DNA of 63,808 bases, filler included, from Hausera hauseri (Eukaryota): the NCBI GenBank assembly GCA_046269625.1. It is 10 parts of 10 records of this genome, joined end to end, with 100 filler letters (N's around TTAATTAATTAA, not from the genome) between each part and the next. Parts side by side here need not be neighbours in the genome. Positions count along the whole stretch, not along the records: positions 30,843 to 36,236 come from JBJURY010263509.1; positions 36,337 to 43,232 come from JBJURY010053663.1; positions 43,333 to 55,491 come from JBJURY010046664.1; 7 more parts are not named here. One strand, 5' to 3'. The position numbers and the translations under genes are program-made. The notes under the pieces are model-generated. The model was not told the origin of the DNA and searched no databases. It worked only from the letters and a program-made list of their open reading frames with translations. Shown here piece by piece: positions 36,004 through 49,500 of this stretch (positions are counted from its first letter, which is position 1; each line of letters opens with the position of its first letter).

Positions 36004-37007
36004 GGAGCATTTAAAGTTGTGTCATTCTCTTTTAAATTAAATACAAATATTTCTGCAAACATAATTTGCAGCCTTATTAAATAAACATTATTGCTTTTGT
36101 CTTTCCAGAAATGTGTTCTAAACAAAAGTGGTGGAAAATCAGGTCAAATATTCATCATGTGTATATCAGATTTCAATGATGAGTTCAAAGAGGATTTTGA
36201 TGTGATCCTGAGTTGGAAACAAAACCAATACTTGATNNNNNNNNNNNNNNNNNNNNNNNNNNNNNNNNNNNNNNNNNNNNTTAATTAATTAANNNNNNNN
36301 NNNNNNNNNNNNNNNNNNNNNNNNNNNNNNNNNNNNTGACATCTACGTCGTCGAATCTATCCGTCCGTGCGGGTGTGCGCATCAAGCACGCTTCGGATTG
36401 GCTGCATGGGGGGCGGGGGCGGGGGGTGAGCCAGCACCGGCATTTTTCTACTATTGTTCGCTTTAGAATATTATTCACATTAGTTGCGAAGTTGGACAAT
36501 TAAGTACATTTGTTGTAAATGCATTCTTGTTGGAATCATCCAAACTCTTGCTGGGAAAATTTGCAATTTGAAAAGCAAGGTCTCGGTAGTGCGGTGCAAA
36601 TTTTTTTTAAATGATAAATTAATTTCGGAGAAGAATATCTTTCATCAACAAATAACATCCATTTTCCTCATTCTTTTGATTTATCGCAACTTTTGATATG
36701 GTTAAATAAGGTAATGCTATACGAACAACTTCGCTGATACTCAAATGGTGAATTACTTGAATAACATCTAAGAACTTGTATTAGCGTGTAAAATTGGTTA
36801 ATTCTATCTGTCTGTTGTATAACGCCGCGATCATTTGGTGCATCAAATAGCTATATATATAATGAACTTTTATTTTCTGTAACAGGGAAATTGTAAAATT
36901 TCGAGTCGGCGAATAGGGCACAACTATGAATCCAACACGGAGACAGCGGACGCCCGGTCGCACCTAACCAAATGGGCCAAAGGTCACCGACCGCCGCGGG
37001 CACCACA

Positions 37008-39936
37008 GTCACCTCGTCTCAGGCAGGCATTAGAGTCGGAATTTTTGAAACTTGAACAATCAGGTATTGTTCGTAGATCTAAATTCTTATGGTCTTCGCC
37101 TCTCCACGTTGTCCAAAAAAGATGGATCCTTCCGACCATGTGGCGATTACCGCCAGCTTAATACTTTAACCATAATGAATGCATATCCACTACCATTAAT
37201 CAAAGACATATTATATCGGCTTAATTCTACTACAGTTTATTTAACAATTGATGTAGCCAAAGCATACCACCAAATTCCCCTCGCATTGGATGGCATCGAG
37301 AAAACTACTGCTACTACACCTTTCGGTCTTTATGAGTACTTGTAAATGCCTTTTGGTCTCCGGAATGATGCGCAGACTTTTCAGTGACACGTCGATTCAA
37401 TTCTTTCAGACTTCCCTTTTGCACACACATATTGACGATATCTTGGTTGCTTCTTCTTCTGTTAAATAACACGAGGAACACCTACGATCTATCTTCAAAC
37501 GACTTAATCAGTTCAACTTACAGATCAATTTTGCAAAATGTAACTTCTACCAAAAGCGCGTTAATTTTCTTGGACATATTATCTCATCAAACGGTCATTC
37601 ACCTCAGCCTGATCGAGTTTAGACTCTTAAAAACATCAAATTACATAGGACAACCACAGAAATGCGCAGTTTTCTTGGTACCTTGCATTTCGTCCACAAA
37701 TATATTCCATATTGATCGGAACTCATGGCACATTTTGCACACTTAAGCGGAGGAAAAAACACCAGAAAATACAGTGGACATTACAACTGGTTAATAGGTT
37801 TGATAGGCTACGCGAAGGACTAAAGACTGTTGAAATACTAGCATTTCCTAAGCCTGATGCTGAGCTAATTCTGACGACAAATGCATCAAACATCGCAGTA
37901 GGCACCGTAATACACCAGTTGTATAAAGGCGAAAATCAGCCCCTAGAATTCTTTTGCCGAAAATTAACGCCGCCATAAACTAGATATTAAACTTTCGATC
38001 GGGAACTGCTAGCAATCTTTCTTGCTTTAAGACATTTTTCTTATTTACTTACAGCTCGTCATTTTGTTATACAGGCTGATTACAAACCGTTTATTAACAT
38101 AATGGCAATGAAACACCATTCAACTCGACAAGAACGACAAATTTCATATTTATCCACATTTAACTTCGACGCACTGACGGTGTTGACAATCTAGTTGCCA
38201 ATATCTTATCTAGATCAGTCGGTTCAATCAATTTTTCACCAATTTTTACTCAGACAAAACTTTAAGAAAATCAGCCATCTCAAGATATTCTCAAGTCGTT
38301 CAAGTCTCACCACATCGTTGACGGCGTGGCCTTAGATACTTCCAAACCAGGACAATCTAAAATAATTCTTGCCCCATCTTTACAGAAAAAAGCATTTTAT
38401 AGTGTACATTCATTACATCATCCTGGTGCCAAGGCAACTTTTCGCTTACTTTAACGTCAAGTAGTTTGGCCGTCGATGCGCTGCAATGTGCAAGCATGCG
38501 TTGAAGAGTGCGTGGCTTGTCAGAAATATAAAACTATAAAACATTTAAAACCATCATTATACCACTTCCTCTGCACATCACGTTTCAAAACAGTACATAT
38601 TGATATCGTCGGTCTCCTCCCAATAAACAACGGCCACCAATTTATTCTGACCATGATAAACCGTTCCTCGCGATGGCTTGAAGACATCCTGCTGCGGAAC
38701 ACAAACACCGACACAATAGCCGGTACTTTCATTCGTACGTGGATTAGTAGGTTCGGGTCCCCTCGTTATATCATCTCAGACCAAGGTCCTCAATTTGAAT
38801 CAAATCTGTTTAAATGCCTAGTCAACCGACTGGGAATAAGCCACATTTATGCAACACCTTATCATCCCCAATCGAATGGCCTTCTCGAACGTTTCCACCG
38901 AATATTGAAAACATCACTTAGAATCCTTGCAGAGTCCAACGCCAATTGGACTACTCTTCTTCCATTCGTTCTGCTTGGCTGGCGGAACACTCCATCTACT
39001 TCCACAGGATGCCACCAACGGAACCTTTATTCGGAATTCCTGTACGGTCACTATTTAAACTAATCGCTCTTGAAGAGACTCCTACAGACGACAGGATACG
39101 AGCAGCACAGGACCACTTCGTTACAATCAGCAAGGATTTGTTCTGCAGGCTCTTACATAATGAAAAATTTTATAAACCAGAAGACTTATACTCTGCAAAG
39201 TTTGTAGGGTTAAGAAATCAGACAACGTGTGGTTTCCAGCAACAGTACTTAGGACCTTATAAATTAGTGCAGCCTCATTCGCACAACGCTATTATCATCA
39301 AAGACGGAAAAGAAGTTGTAGTGCATATTACTAATTTAAAACCCGCCTTTTACGTCGACGATACCTCATCAATCGAAAAATCAACCTCTTTTCTTACCCC
39401 TGCACCTACCTCTACCCCGACTTCAATTTCCCAGTCTACCACACATCATTCCGCTTTCCCCGTTTCTGTGCCTACATCGTTACCTACCAATTCCATTCCT
39501 TCCCCCATTTCTGCATTTTCCTCTACTCCTACTTTTACCACTACTTCTGCTCCACACTCTATTTTTATACCTTCGCTTATTTCTACTTCCTCTCTTAACT
39601 TATCATCTTCCGAAACTATCGCAGAAAACTGGAATAATTCACCTGCAATCACCTCTTTTCCCTCTTCTATATTACCTTCCCCAAACACAATACCCAATCA
39701 TACTAAACCTAATGTTTCTTTTGCCAAACCCCGCCAGCAGTCAGACACTAAGGTAAAGGTACATCCCAGAGCAGTATCATTTAGTACTTATAGTAGACAA
39801 TTAAATAACGAAGGATTACAACGTCTTGTACGCAAAAAACTTATTAGAAAAATTATACTGTTTGTTCTCGGGATTTTCTTTCAATGTTTTCTTTACAGTT
39901 TTTCAACTCAGCCACGGGGTCGGGGTATTGTAATGC
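37008..39936 (+). mobile_element. Family A gypsy copy A4 (RT, RNase H, IN, S/T/P tail, PPT)
   Basis: KKDGSFRPCGDYRQLN, TPFGLYEY, TFDRELLA, IN 38476-39063 (HIDIVG, ISDQGPQF, NGLLERFH), GPY, G-rich PPT then TGTAATGC at 39929. Confidence 0.92.
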
Positions 39937-40559
39937 TTATAACAAGCTACACTTTTGCCCATGTAATTTTATTTTTGGGTTTTCCAATGTAAAGTTCATG
40001 TACGTAATTTTATGAGACAAAGTGTTGTAAATTATTTCATATTGTGTAGTTTGTAACATATTTTTATGGCGTTATTTTGAGTTAGAAACTTACTTTTGTT
40101 CACAATGATTTCTCACCTTGATATGTGTATATAAAATTATGTAATTTTGCTTATATTTAATAATGCCAATTAATAATATGAAAATTATTATATTAAACAA
40201 TTGCTGAGGGTTCCTGGATAGAAGCGAAATTCTATTAACTTCTTGATTTATGGTGTAAAAAGATTTCCTTTTAAATGCACGATATCTGAGAAAAGAAGTT
40301 ATAAAAGATTTTGAATGTTTTTAATAAATGTTAAGAAACCTTACACGAGTTATCTTTTTGATAATACAATGGAGACTGATGGACAAAAACATACATTGAT
40401 TGCTATGGTATATTATAAAATTTCCACACTACAGAAAAACGATGGTATGTTGTTGGTGAAGAGAAATTTGGTAAATGACATTTCAATGCACCAACAAAAC
40501 TTGCTTATGAATTTTGTATTTTTTGACATTATTATCTGCATCCAAGGATCATTGGCCCA

Positions 40560-42380
40560 TTCATATGTACTACCATCGTACTACTATTGGTGTCAGAAAA
40601 ATTACAGAGCAGATTCTGTTGTACCAAATGCATTGATTCGCTGGATTCCCGGATACAGAATTATACTGGTGAGTTCGGTTGTTGTCTTTGGGGCATCCCG
40701 CATTTGTTTTTATACTACAATTTAACTAATATGTTAAAATTCCATCTGTTTATTCTATTCCATGCTACAATCAGTTGTCAAAAAAACTCTTGCAAACGAA
40801 AATTTTATTATCCGTGTGCTGCAGATACATGATGTTTTCAAGATTTTGAACGGTTGCAGCTTTGGTATTCATGTCATGCAATTGAAGCGGATTTTTCAAA
40901 TGAACATGTATATGCTCTTTATGTGAGCGCAAAGGAGACATTAACGATCTTATTTATTGCATAAGTTGTGGTCAACACTACGACAGTAACTGTCTTGAAC
41001 CACCACTCATACTCATCCCTACTGTGCATGCTGGTTGGCAGTGTGCCGAATGTAAAACTTGCCTTGTATGCAGCGGAAGTAAAGATAAGAAAAAATGCTT
41101 GTATGTGATATATGCCACAAAAGTTTCCACAGATATTGTTTACAACCTCCAATGGCTGAAATTCCTAAAAATGGCTGGAAATGTAGCTCATGTCGTGTCT
41201 GTAAAGATTGTGGTTTTTTGCTAAAACCAAACGTTTCCGCAGTTACAAATGCTGTCTCAAATTTCCGTTGGCATAATAATTACACGTTATGTGATCGTTG
41301 TGCTCAAACTCGACAAAAAGGTCATTCAATTTGTTCAGTATGTGACCGCACCTGGCGTTGCTGCATCATTCCCAAAGGCAATAGTACTTGCAAATAGCCT
41401 AGCTGTCGTTGTTGTAAATGTAAAATATGGCGCATATAGAATGCGATCCATCTACACTTGTTATTGCGTCACCAGTGTATTCCCTTGGATCATCCAGTAG
41501 CAACGCTGGTTTAGATGAGACAGGCTCACTGGCCGCAGTAGCCGGTACAAGTAACGGCAATTATCAGTGTCCCATATGCAGAACTCGTGGTTCGAAATCC
41601 CCAAGCGATAATGCATCGACACGCACTAGTCCAATGCCTGGAAGTTACTGTGGTGATGACTTAGCCGATGATCTTGAGGAACAGAATGACGAAGAAAACG
41701 TATCACTTAGCGAGTTTGATCCTCTACCTTCTCGCATGATTGGCAACGATGGCCAGTGTTCATTGTCGTTGAATCACCGAGGGAGTGTGGAACCAGATTA
41801 TGGCAGCAATAGTCTGGATGACAGCAGTACGGTGTCCGGTTCTACCACTCCACAAGCATATAGCCAAAGTAACAGTAGTGGAAAATTTCAAGCTCCAAAT
41901 AGTATTGGACGTGGTAGAGGTAATAAAGGAAAGTCAGTTGAAGGTGGTGTGCAGACAAACAAAAAACGTCCACAGGTACTAAATATGGGCAAACCAAGCA
42001 AGTGTCAAAATATCAGATCCGAGTGAGAGTACCCGGTCTGTATTCCTTGTTTTATCTCAGTGCCGGCGGCAAATCATCAGCAAAACGCCGTAGAGCTCTA
42101 CATAGCAAACGTTCTCGGCGCGTAAAGACCAAAAAACTCAACATGAAAAAGATTATGGATTGCCATTCTTCAAAGTATAAATTTGTGCGATGGATTGACG
42201 ACCATCGATACTGGACTGTCAAGGTGGAATATAAAAACTCTGAAGAAAAAGACAAGCATCCCAGAACCGTTGCTATTTGTCGCGCCAACGATTCTTTTGT
42301 GTTGGATCAAGATATATGTGTTTCGTGCGGATCGTTCGGTGTCGACGCACGGTTATTTTGTTGTGTTCAGTGTGTTCATC
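40560..42380 (+). pseudogene. KMT2C: KMT2C/KMT2D (MLL3/4; LPT/Trr-related) N-terminal PHD-finger region, intron-free and disrupted
   Basis: ATISCQKNSCKRKFYYPCAA..FQDF (extended PHD), CISCGQHY, AGWQCAECKTCLVC, MLVCDICHKSFHRYCLQPPMAEIPKNGWKC, WHNNYTLCDRC, HIECD, FVLDQDICVSCGSFG. Confidence 0.88.
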
Positions 42381-42849
42381 AGATCGTTTAAACAGACACT
42401 AAGGAAATGCCGGGTACTTAAAACTGTAAACTTCTTAGAATAGTTGCACTGAACAAAATTATTTCCTGGAAGTGTGGGACTTATTCCTGAATAAATAAAG
42501 GGAAAACCTTTGGCCCAGTTTTTTTTTAATCAAACGAAGTGGCAGAGCAAAATTTGTTGTTGAACAAAATACGACTCGTTTCTCTGGGAAAATCCTATTT
42601 CATATAAAACTCATGTTAGTGGTAATATTTGTAGAGCTGAATACACCTCATTTTTAACAGAGGAGGGGGTGTGATGTAATATATATACCAGATGTTCAAA
42701 GGATACTTATTAAAACAAGTGTTTGTTGGCAGTACCGGCTGAAAGTGTATTAATTAATTGTTGTGTTGAGTGTTTGTTAATTTTGGATAAATTTCGCATG
42801 AATTTCAGTTCATATGCGGCGTTATTTACATGACGAAATGTGATTCTGT

Positions 42850-43232
42850 TTGATATGATCCTTTCAGTATTTGCCTCAAGCGAAGCTCAAAGGCCGATTG
42901 AGTCTAGTTTTGGATCAAAGACTATATTGACTTTACATTTTAGACAAATACATGATTGATAAAGATATTGTACGATTATACAGTCATCCTCAGTAGGGTG
43001 GTGATCTTCCATACTTTAGAGGTAAACAGTATTGAGGCAACTGAAAAGCAACACTGGGCAGATATGCTATTCCAGTAATGAAAAAGTATGGTTTACCATT
43101 GGTAAAGATTGCTGAAAATGAGTTATTACGTGCTCGGGAAAAATCTTATCACGTAGTAAAAATCCGAGGAATTAAAGGAAGATTCAATGGAAATATTGCC
43201 AACAGCCAAGTCCCACGCCAAAGGTGCAATTC
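42850..43232 (+). mobile_element. Maverick fragment (penton C-terminus and small conserved ORF)
   Basis: RPIESSFGSKTILTLHFR, then Q*GGDLPYFRGKQY..LGRYAIPVMKKYGLP. Confidence 0.65.
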
Positions 43233-43387
43233 NNNNNNNNNNNNNNNNNNNNNNNNNNNNNNNNNNNNNNNNNNNNTTAATTAATTAANNNNNNNNNNNN
43301 NNNNNNNNNNNNNNNNNNNNNNNNNNNNNNNNTATAAACTTTGTTGCGCGTTTCACATAGATTTTAATATGAATTTTAAAAACTTTA

Positions 43388-43903
43388 TGTGGTACTGGTC
43401 CCTTGTAAGGAGCGACGGAAACTATTAAGAATTTAAGTACAAAACTTTATTGACAATAAAAGAAAATATACCAATAAAATAATAGCTGTCAATCAACACA
43501 ATCAAATCGATTAGTAGGTCTGATTACGAGTCCTTTCGTCTGCTAGCAATTTCAAAATTACAAGAGTCTAATCACAGCTACAAATGTACACTGTACCATA
43601 GCATTTATATAGCTGCTTGTAGACAGGATTTGGTGGGAGAGATTTTCTTAAATTTTCTCTGGGTTTTTCTCAGTTTTACATTGGTTAATTCTAATTAACT
43701 GCAAGTAGTTAGTTATTTTCTTGATATTTGGTGTGCATTATTTTAGTAAATTTCTGTATTTTCCAGAGCAAGTCAATGAATTAATTGATTTCAACTTGGA
43801 ATTTGTTATTAATACACTTTCAATTTTCACTTTCAGTTTCGCTTTCGTTTCTATTTATTTACAATTTTATACATGGTAGTTCACAATCATTGTTTTTATA
43901 ACA
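43388..43903 (-). repeat. 3' LTR of B2 (~516 bp)
   Basis: On -, PPT AAGGAAGGAGAAA then TGTTAT; CCAAT near 43680, CTATATAAA near 43605, AATAAA at 43446-43451; ends ..ACCACA. Confidence 0.7.
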
Positions 43904-44043
43904 TTTCTCCTTCCTTAACGGCCCCCCATAAACGATTCATTCGTCCGCGTAAGCCCGCTTCCGAATCCGACTCATCTCGCGGAGATCGCGGGTCGAAGTG
44001 GTATGATGTAGTGGGTTTCTGGGGAAATATCTCAACTATCTTT

Positions 44044-45105
44044 TTACTCTCCATTAGAGAAATATCTTAGTCTGATAGCTTGCGCTCTACATACTGGGCA
44101 GGTCGTTTTCCCGCTTTTCAGGGTCCACGTTTCTAAGTAGTACCGACAGTATTTGTGGGTACAATCCTTATTGTCCAACACCACAAATCCTTGGTACAAA
44201 TTTGCATCGCAAACGGGACATTCTTTTTCGCCTCCGTCTATATCTGCACGGTTTTCGTCCACATCAATATGTTCAAATACGAGTCCCTTTATATCTTGGT
44301 ATAAATATCCATATAGTCGTTTCTGTTTATGATCTATAGAGCTTTTCTTGGTGTCGTCTGACACGGTAACCAATGTCCATTCAACGATTTCTTGTTTATC
44401 CAAGTCGGGTATTCCGGTTTTCTTGTATTGCCTCTTGAGTTGCACTCGAACTTGGGTATCCACTGAGATAGTTAGCCGATTAGTTCCGTTTTTCGACTGG
44501 AATATCGAGGCTAGGTATTTGCTAATCGTTATGTCTTCTCGGGCGCATGCGTTTCCGCTCACAATTCTTCTAGGAACGGTAGAGACAGAATATAGCTTCT
44601 TTGATCTTACCCCTTGCTATAATATTCAGCCATGACGAGTAATCGGGTATATTCTTTAACCGGACCGAATTCGGTTCCTATGATTGGGGCTGGTTCTTCC
44701 AAGTTTTTTCGAAGTACATTCACCTCTGTTTTGGGTGGTCCACATTTGAGGGTTTTCATTCCTGGTTCACTGGATCTCTCAGCTTCCTGTCTTAGTTTTT
44801 CCGTGGGTTTTGTTGCTTCTTCATTGATGCGTATAAGGCTGCTAGTTGACGGTTTTATCTCCAACCTGGAATTATATCTCTCGAAAGGTATGCTCGTGCA
44901 TCCTTTGGACTTCGCATCGCGTATAACCGGATTAGTCGATTGTCCTCTAGACTACATTTCAATCCATTCGGTATTCTGCTTTCTTGATCGATTTCTGTTT
45001 TTTTCGATTTTTGTTTTGGTTGTCAGTTTGAGAACTGTTACATGTTGTAGGAAGTCATCGATATCGTAACTGAGACTGTGCTGAGTTCTTCATCTTTTCG
45101 GCCAT
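44044..45105 (-). pseudogene. 3' accessory ORF of B2 ending in a RING finger
   Basis: CPVC..CTHKYCRYY..W..CPVCR (C3HC4 with one Cys replaced by Tyr) in ORF 44044-44562; upstream frames 44607-44864. Confidence 0.78.
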
Positions 45106-45112
45106 ACTTACT

Positions 45113-45215
45113 CTGCTAAAATAAAAATAAAGGTCAATCCTAAGACAGATCATCGTTTTAAAACAAAAAAATTTCTCTGATTATAGGATAACCCGATCTG
45201 TAATTGTCAGGTTAT
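45113..45215 (-). promoter_or_regulatory. Conserved hairpin plus splice-acceptor-like site (B2)
   Basis: Reverse complement reads ATAACCTGACAATTACAGATCGGGTTAT...TTAGGATTGACCTTTATTTTTATTTTAGCAG, followed by AGTAAGTATG. Confidence 0.6.
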
Positions 45216-45229
45216 GATATCATAAAGCC

Positions 45230-46565
45230 GGTCTTGGTACCCCTTTACCCGTTTACCTCTGTTGATTCTGACGTCCTTTATTATAGTTTTTGGAAATCAA
45301 GAAAATCGTCGCTGTTAAAATGACAAGAACGAAAATTGACAAACTAATTATAGCTATTATCGATAAGTTATTCGGTTCAATAAAATTTTCCGTAGTTATT
45401 GCATTTTGGGTACTAATACGTGAACTTCGTCGTTATGGTTTGTACTGTAAGAGTTTCATGTCGCTTACCATCTGCGGTTATTTGAATTATGTAATCATTT
45501 CGTGATTGTAAGGATTTGCATTCGATTTCCTGTTTATTTCTCTGCAAGATTACAATTTGGTTGGTGTGTAAGGTGCGACATTCGATTTTAATTTCATAAT
45601 CCACCGTTTCTTCAACATAAAATACAATTCTATTATGTCGTACTAAAAATTTGACAGGTATATTCTCCAATTCTTTCTCGGGTATTTTACTCGAAGTATA
45701 AGTATAAGTAGTTGGAGTTGTACTTGGAATGGTAGACGGTTTTCTCGTAGTTGTTGGAAGGGAAATCTTCCATATTCCGACTTTTGGGCGATATCCTCTC
45801 AAGTACTCGGTTCGTTTGGGTAGGTATTGTACAAATCAAATTCCAATTGGTATTCATGATCTAAGGGTATTCTGCAGCACGGATTTTGCTGTTCTCGCGC
45901 AATATAGCAATATTTCACAGGGGGGTCGATTTATGTATCGGTATGAATCGGATGGAAATTTGTCTGTCTCCCGGTAATTCTATTTTGGTTGTGTGTTTCG
46001 GATGCATTGGTTTTGAAGTTTTTAGAAATACCTATAATGTTGAAATCTAAGAGTTTTTAAATGGGTTGGTGTTTTGGACTATCTCGTCTGCCTTGTTTTG
46101 GCTCGCGCCGTTCCGTTTAGGCATTCTAATTTCGGATTTGGCAATTATATAGGCTTGGGCTCCAGGTAGATTTTAATAGAACATCTGAAATTTGTACTTA
46201 TGTTTGTCCAAAATCTATATCGCAACATTTCTGATAAGCTCCATATGGAAAATCACATGTCTTCATTGCAGAACTCATTTGATCTACAAATATTTGAAAT
46301 TTTACGTGGTTCTTCACAGATTCACTTGCCTTAAACCAGGCACAAGGTTTTATCCAATTCATATCGTAGACTCTAAGCGACTGTAAATTCTGTATATCTT
46401 TTCGTCTTGCTGCATGTTGTTCCTTTTTTGTCGGAATATATGACATAACTCCGTGGATATCTTCTACTAAATCCATTGTCCATTGGGTCTTTACCTTTGA
46501 TATATATGAAGCGATTAGCGATAGTGCAAGAATTATTTGTGCATATGATATCGGTCTGGTTACTA
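45230..46565 (-). pseudogene. Second type-I membrane glycoprotein-like ORF (B2) with an FN3-like domain
   Basis: RPISYAQIILALSLIASY; CDFPYGAYQKCCDIDFG; Thr-rich PTTTRKPSTIPSTTPTT; LQSRNDYIIQITADG..TVQT; TM IIAIISLSIFVLVILTATIFLI. Confidence 0.68.
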
Positions 46566-46599
46566 TCGATGACGTTTTCTTTTCATTCTTGGTTTGACT

Positions 46600-49500
46600 T
46601 GGATTTTCTTTATTTAAGCGCAGGTTATTGTTTATTTGGCCTTATTTCCGATTTGACTACTTTTTGTATTGATACGATCTCTTTTTGCCATTTTTATTAA
46701 TATAAACTGTAGTTGGTGTGGTTCTGATAACTTCGTAAGGTCTTCTGCCAGTTCGAGTGAGTTTCAGAGATGTGCCTTTCTTTGCGACTGGGTAATGTAC
46801 ATAAACCCTATTTCCATGCTCTAGATCATGTGGTTTAGCCTTCTTATCGTATTGTCTGTTAAATTGTTCTTTATATTTTTTAAACAATTCTTTGTCTATT
46901 TCTCAACACCTTTGTAGCTTTGTTTGTAATACTTCAACAAAATTTTGCTCTAGATCCTCCGTTTCCATTGTATATGGTATCATTCCTAAGTCCATGGGTA
47001 ATACAGCCTCTGCCATACATCATAAAAATGGAGTAAATTCTGTTGCAGGATACGGTATAGTGTTTATGGCGAATTGCGTGCCCTCTAAAAATTCATCCCA
47101 ATCCTTCTGGTCTTTCGCAACTACTGTTCGTAATATTCGTATAACTCTGCGTTTATTCGTTCAACCATTCCGTTACATTGCGGGTGGTAAGCTGTTGTGG
47201 TTAATCGTTCAATTTCAAATATTTTGGTAATTTTTTTGAATAGTTCGCTCGTAAAGTTTCTTCCTTGGTCTGTTAGAATTTGTTCGGGAGGCCCGTATCT
47301 ACAGATAATTCTCCTCACTACAGCTTCAGTCAGAGTCTCAACTTTTTGGTCCGCTAATGACATAAGTTCGACGAAATGAGTTAATCGGTCTATACATGTC
47401 AGAATGTATTTATTATTCTTATGAGTTGTAGGTAACGGTCCTACAATATCCATTGACACCATTTCCATTGGTCGGTCCGGCACGTTTATTGGTTTACGTT
47501 CGGGAATGTAGTTTTTCACTTTCCTCTGATTAGTTGCGAATACTTTGCAAGCACTTGCACAATTCTTCACATGGATGTATACGCTCGGCCAGTAATATTT
47601 ATTTAATACTCTTTCTAATATCGTTTTCCCTGTATCCGGCTAAGTACGAATCATGTTCGGCCATTAGTACTCCTGTGCGTAATCTTTTTGGTATGACTAC
47701 CAACTTCCGTCCTTTTTGCTCATAATACAGTACATTTTCATTACTTGTGTCTCCCGTTACGCAGTATTTATGACCATGTCTTTGTAAATGTTTCCGCAAT
47801 TGGTGGACGTTTGCTGTTATTTCATTTTCGAGAAACTCAATGATTTTTTGTATACCTTTGTCCTTCTTTTATTCAACAAAATTTTAATGGCTTTATCCAA
47901 TGTTAGAGCTCGTTGTCTGTCTACTAGTTGATCGAGCTGAGCTTTTCTTATTACAGTTATTGCGTTCGTTTTAGTTTTAAGCCTTGATAGCGCATCGGCA
48001 TCGGCATGTTTGCTTCCGGGCTTGTATTGAAATTCAATGTTATACCGTGAGATCTCTTTGATCCATCGCTTGAGCCTGTACTTTGGTTATTTGCTCTACC
48101 TTTCAAAGTTGTAACTGCTTTGTGATCCGTAACAATTATAATCTTCTGTCCGTAGACCTATAAGTTAAAGTTTCGTAGAACTTCTTTTACAGATAACGTT
48201 TCTTATTCCTTAACCAACTAATTCTTTTCAGCATTCTTTAGTGACCGTCCTTCATATGCGATTGGATGTTCTAGTTCTTCATCCTCTCGTTTTTGAGCTA
48301 ACTCATATCCAATGTCTTCTTTACTGGCATACGTTTTAACTATAAACGGAAGGTTAAAATCAGAATATGTGAAAAAGGGTTCTATAGTTAAAATTTTCTT
48401 CATTTTATCGAAAGCTTTTTGCCCGACGTCCGCCCATTTCCACTTAGTTCCTTTTTTAGGTAAGGCATACAAATGTGCATTTATTTTTGATTTATCTGGT
48501 ACATAAGTGGCGTAATAACCACGAAAACCTAACCAATGTCTCAACTCTTTTTGGTTCTGGGGTTCCATACAATTCGATATCTTATTTAATAATAATTTAC
48601 CTGGTTTCGGTCCTCCATCTCCAACTATATGCCCAAGATAAGATACATCGTTTTGGGCCCATTTACATTATTCGAGATTCAATTTCAATCCACCTTGCTC
48701 CACCCTCATGAGCGTGTCCTCAATATCTTTTAAATGTTCTTCTTCTGTCTTCAATGTAATCATTACGTTATCCAGATACGCGAACGCGTGTTTCAGTCCC
48801 ATTAGCATCTTGTTCATCATTCGAGTAAAAACGTCGGGTCCAATAGTTATCCCGAATGGCATTATAATAAATTCGTATACACCGTCGTGTGTTTTAAACG
48901 CAGTTTTGTAGCTGTCTTCTTATTCTATTTCTACTTGCCAATATCCGGATTGCAGATCGAGAGTGGTGAACCATTTAGCTCCGGAAAGTCTATCCAGGGC
49001 TTCTTTTACTGATGAAAATAGGAAAGAATCTTTCATCATAAATGTACTTAATGATCGATAATCGAAACTAAATTGGTGCTTTGTAGTACCTTTCTTCTTA
49101 ACCATGAGTAGAGGTGAGTACCAAGATCCATAGCTTGGTATAATGGTGTCGGCCTTTAACATACGTTCGACTTCTTTTGTTATCTCTAGCCTCAAAGAGT
49201 GCGTAGGGGATATCAGTTCGAAATTTTTTTTTCCTCTAAGTCTATTTTATCATTGGAGCCAGGCTTTTTCTTAAGTGGAATTGTTAGTCGCAAGGCTTTG
49301 ACTCTGCCAATGGCTTCTTCGTCTCTCGCGATGACTGAGCTGTAATGACAGAGTAATTCATAAAATCAACAGCATGCTTTCGGCAAAAATTTAGTTTCAA
49401 CGTGAGGTGGAAATTCGACACATTTGTAAGGTTTTTCTTCAACAGTTATTAACGATACTGTACACGTATGACCCAAAGTGGTATTGACATACAGTTTGAT

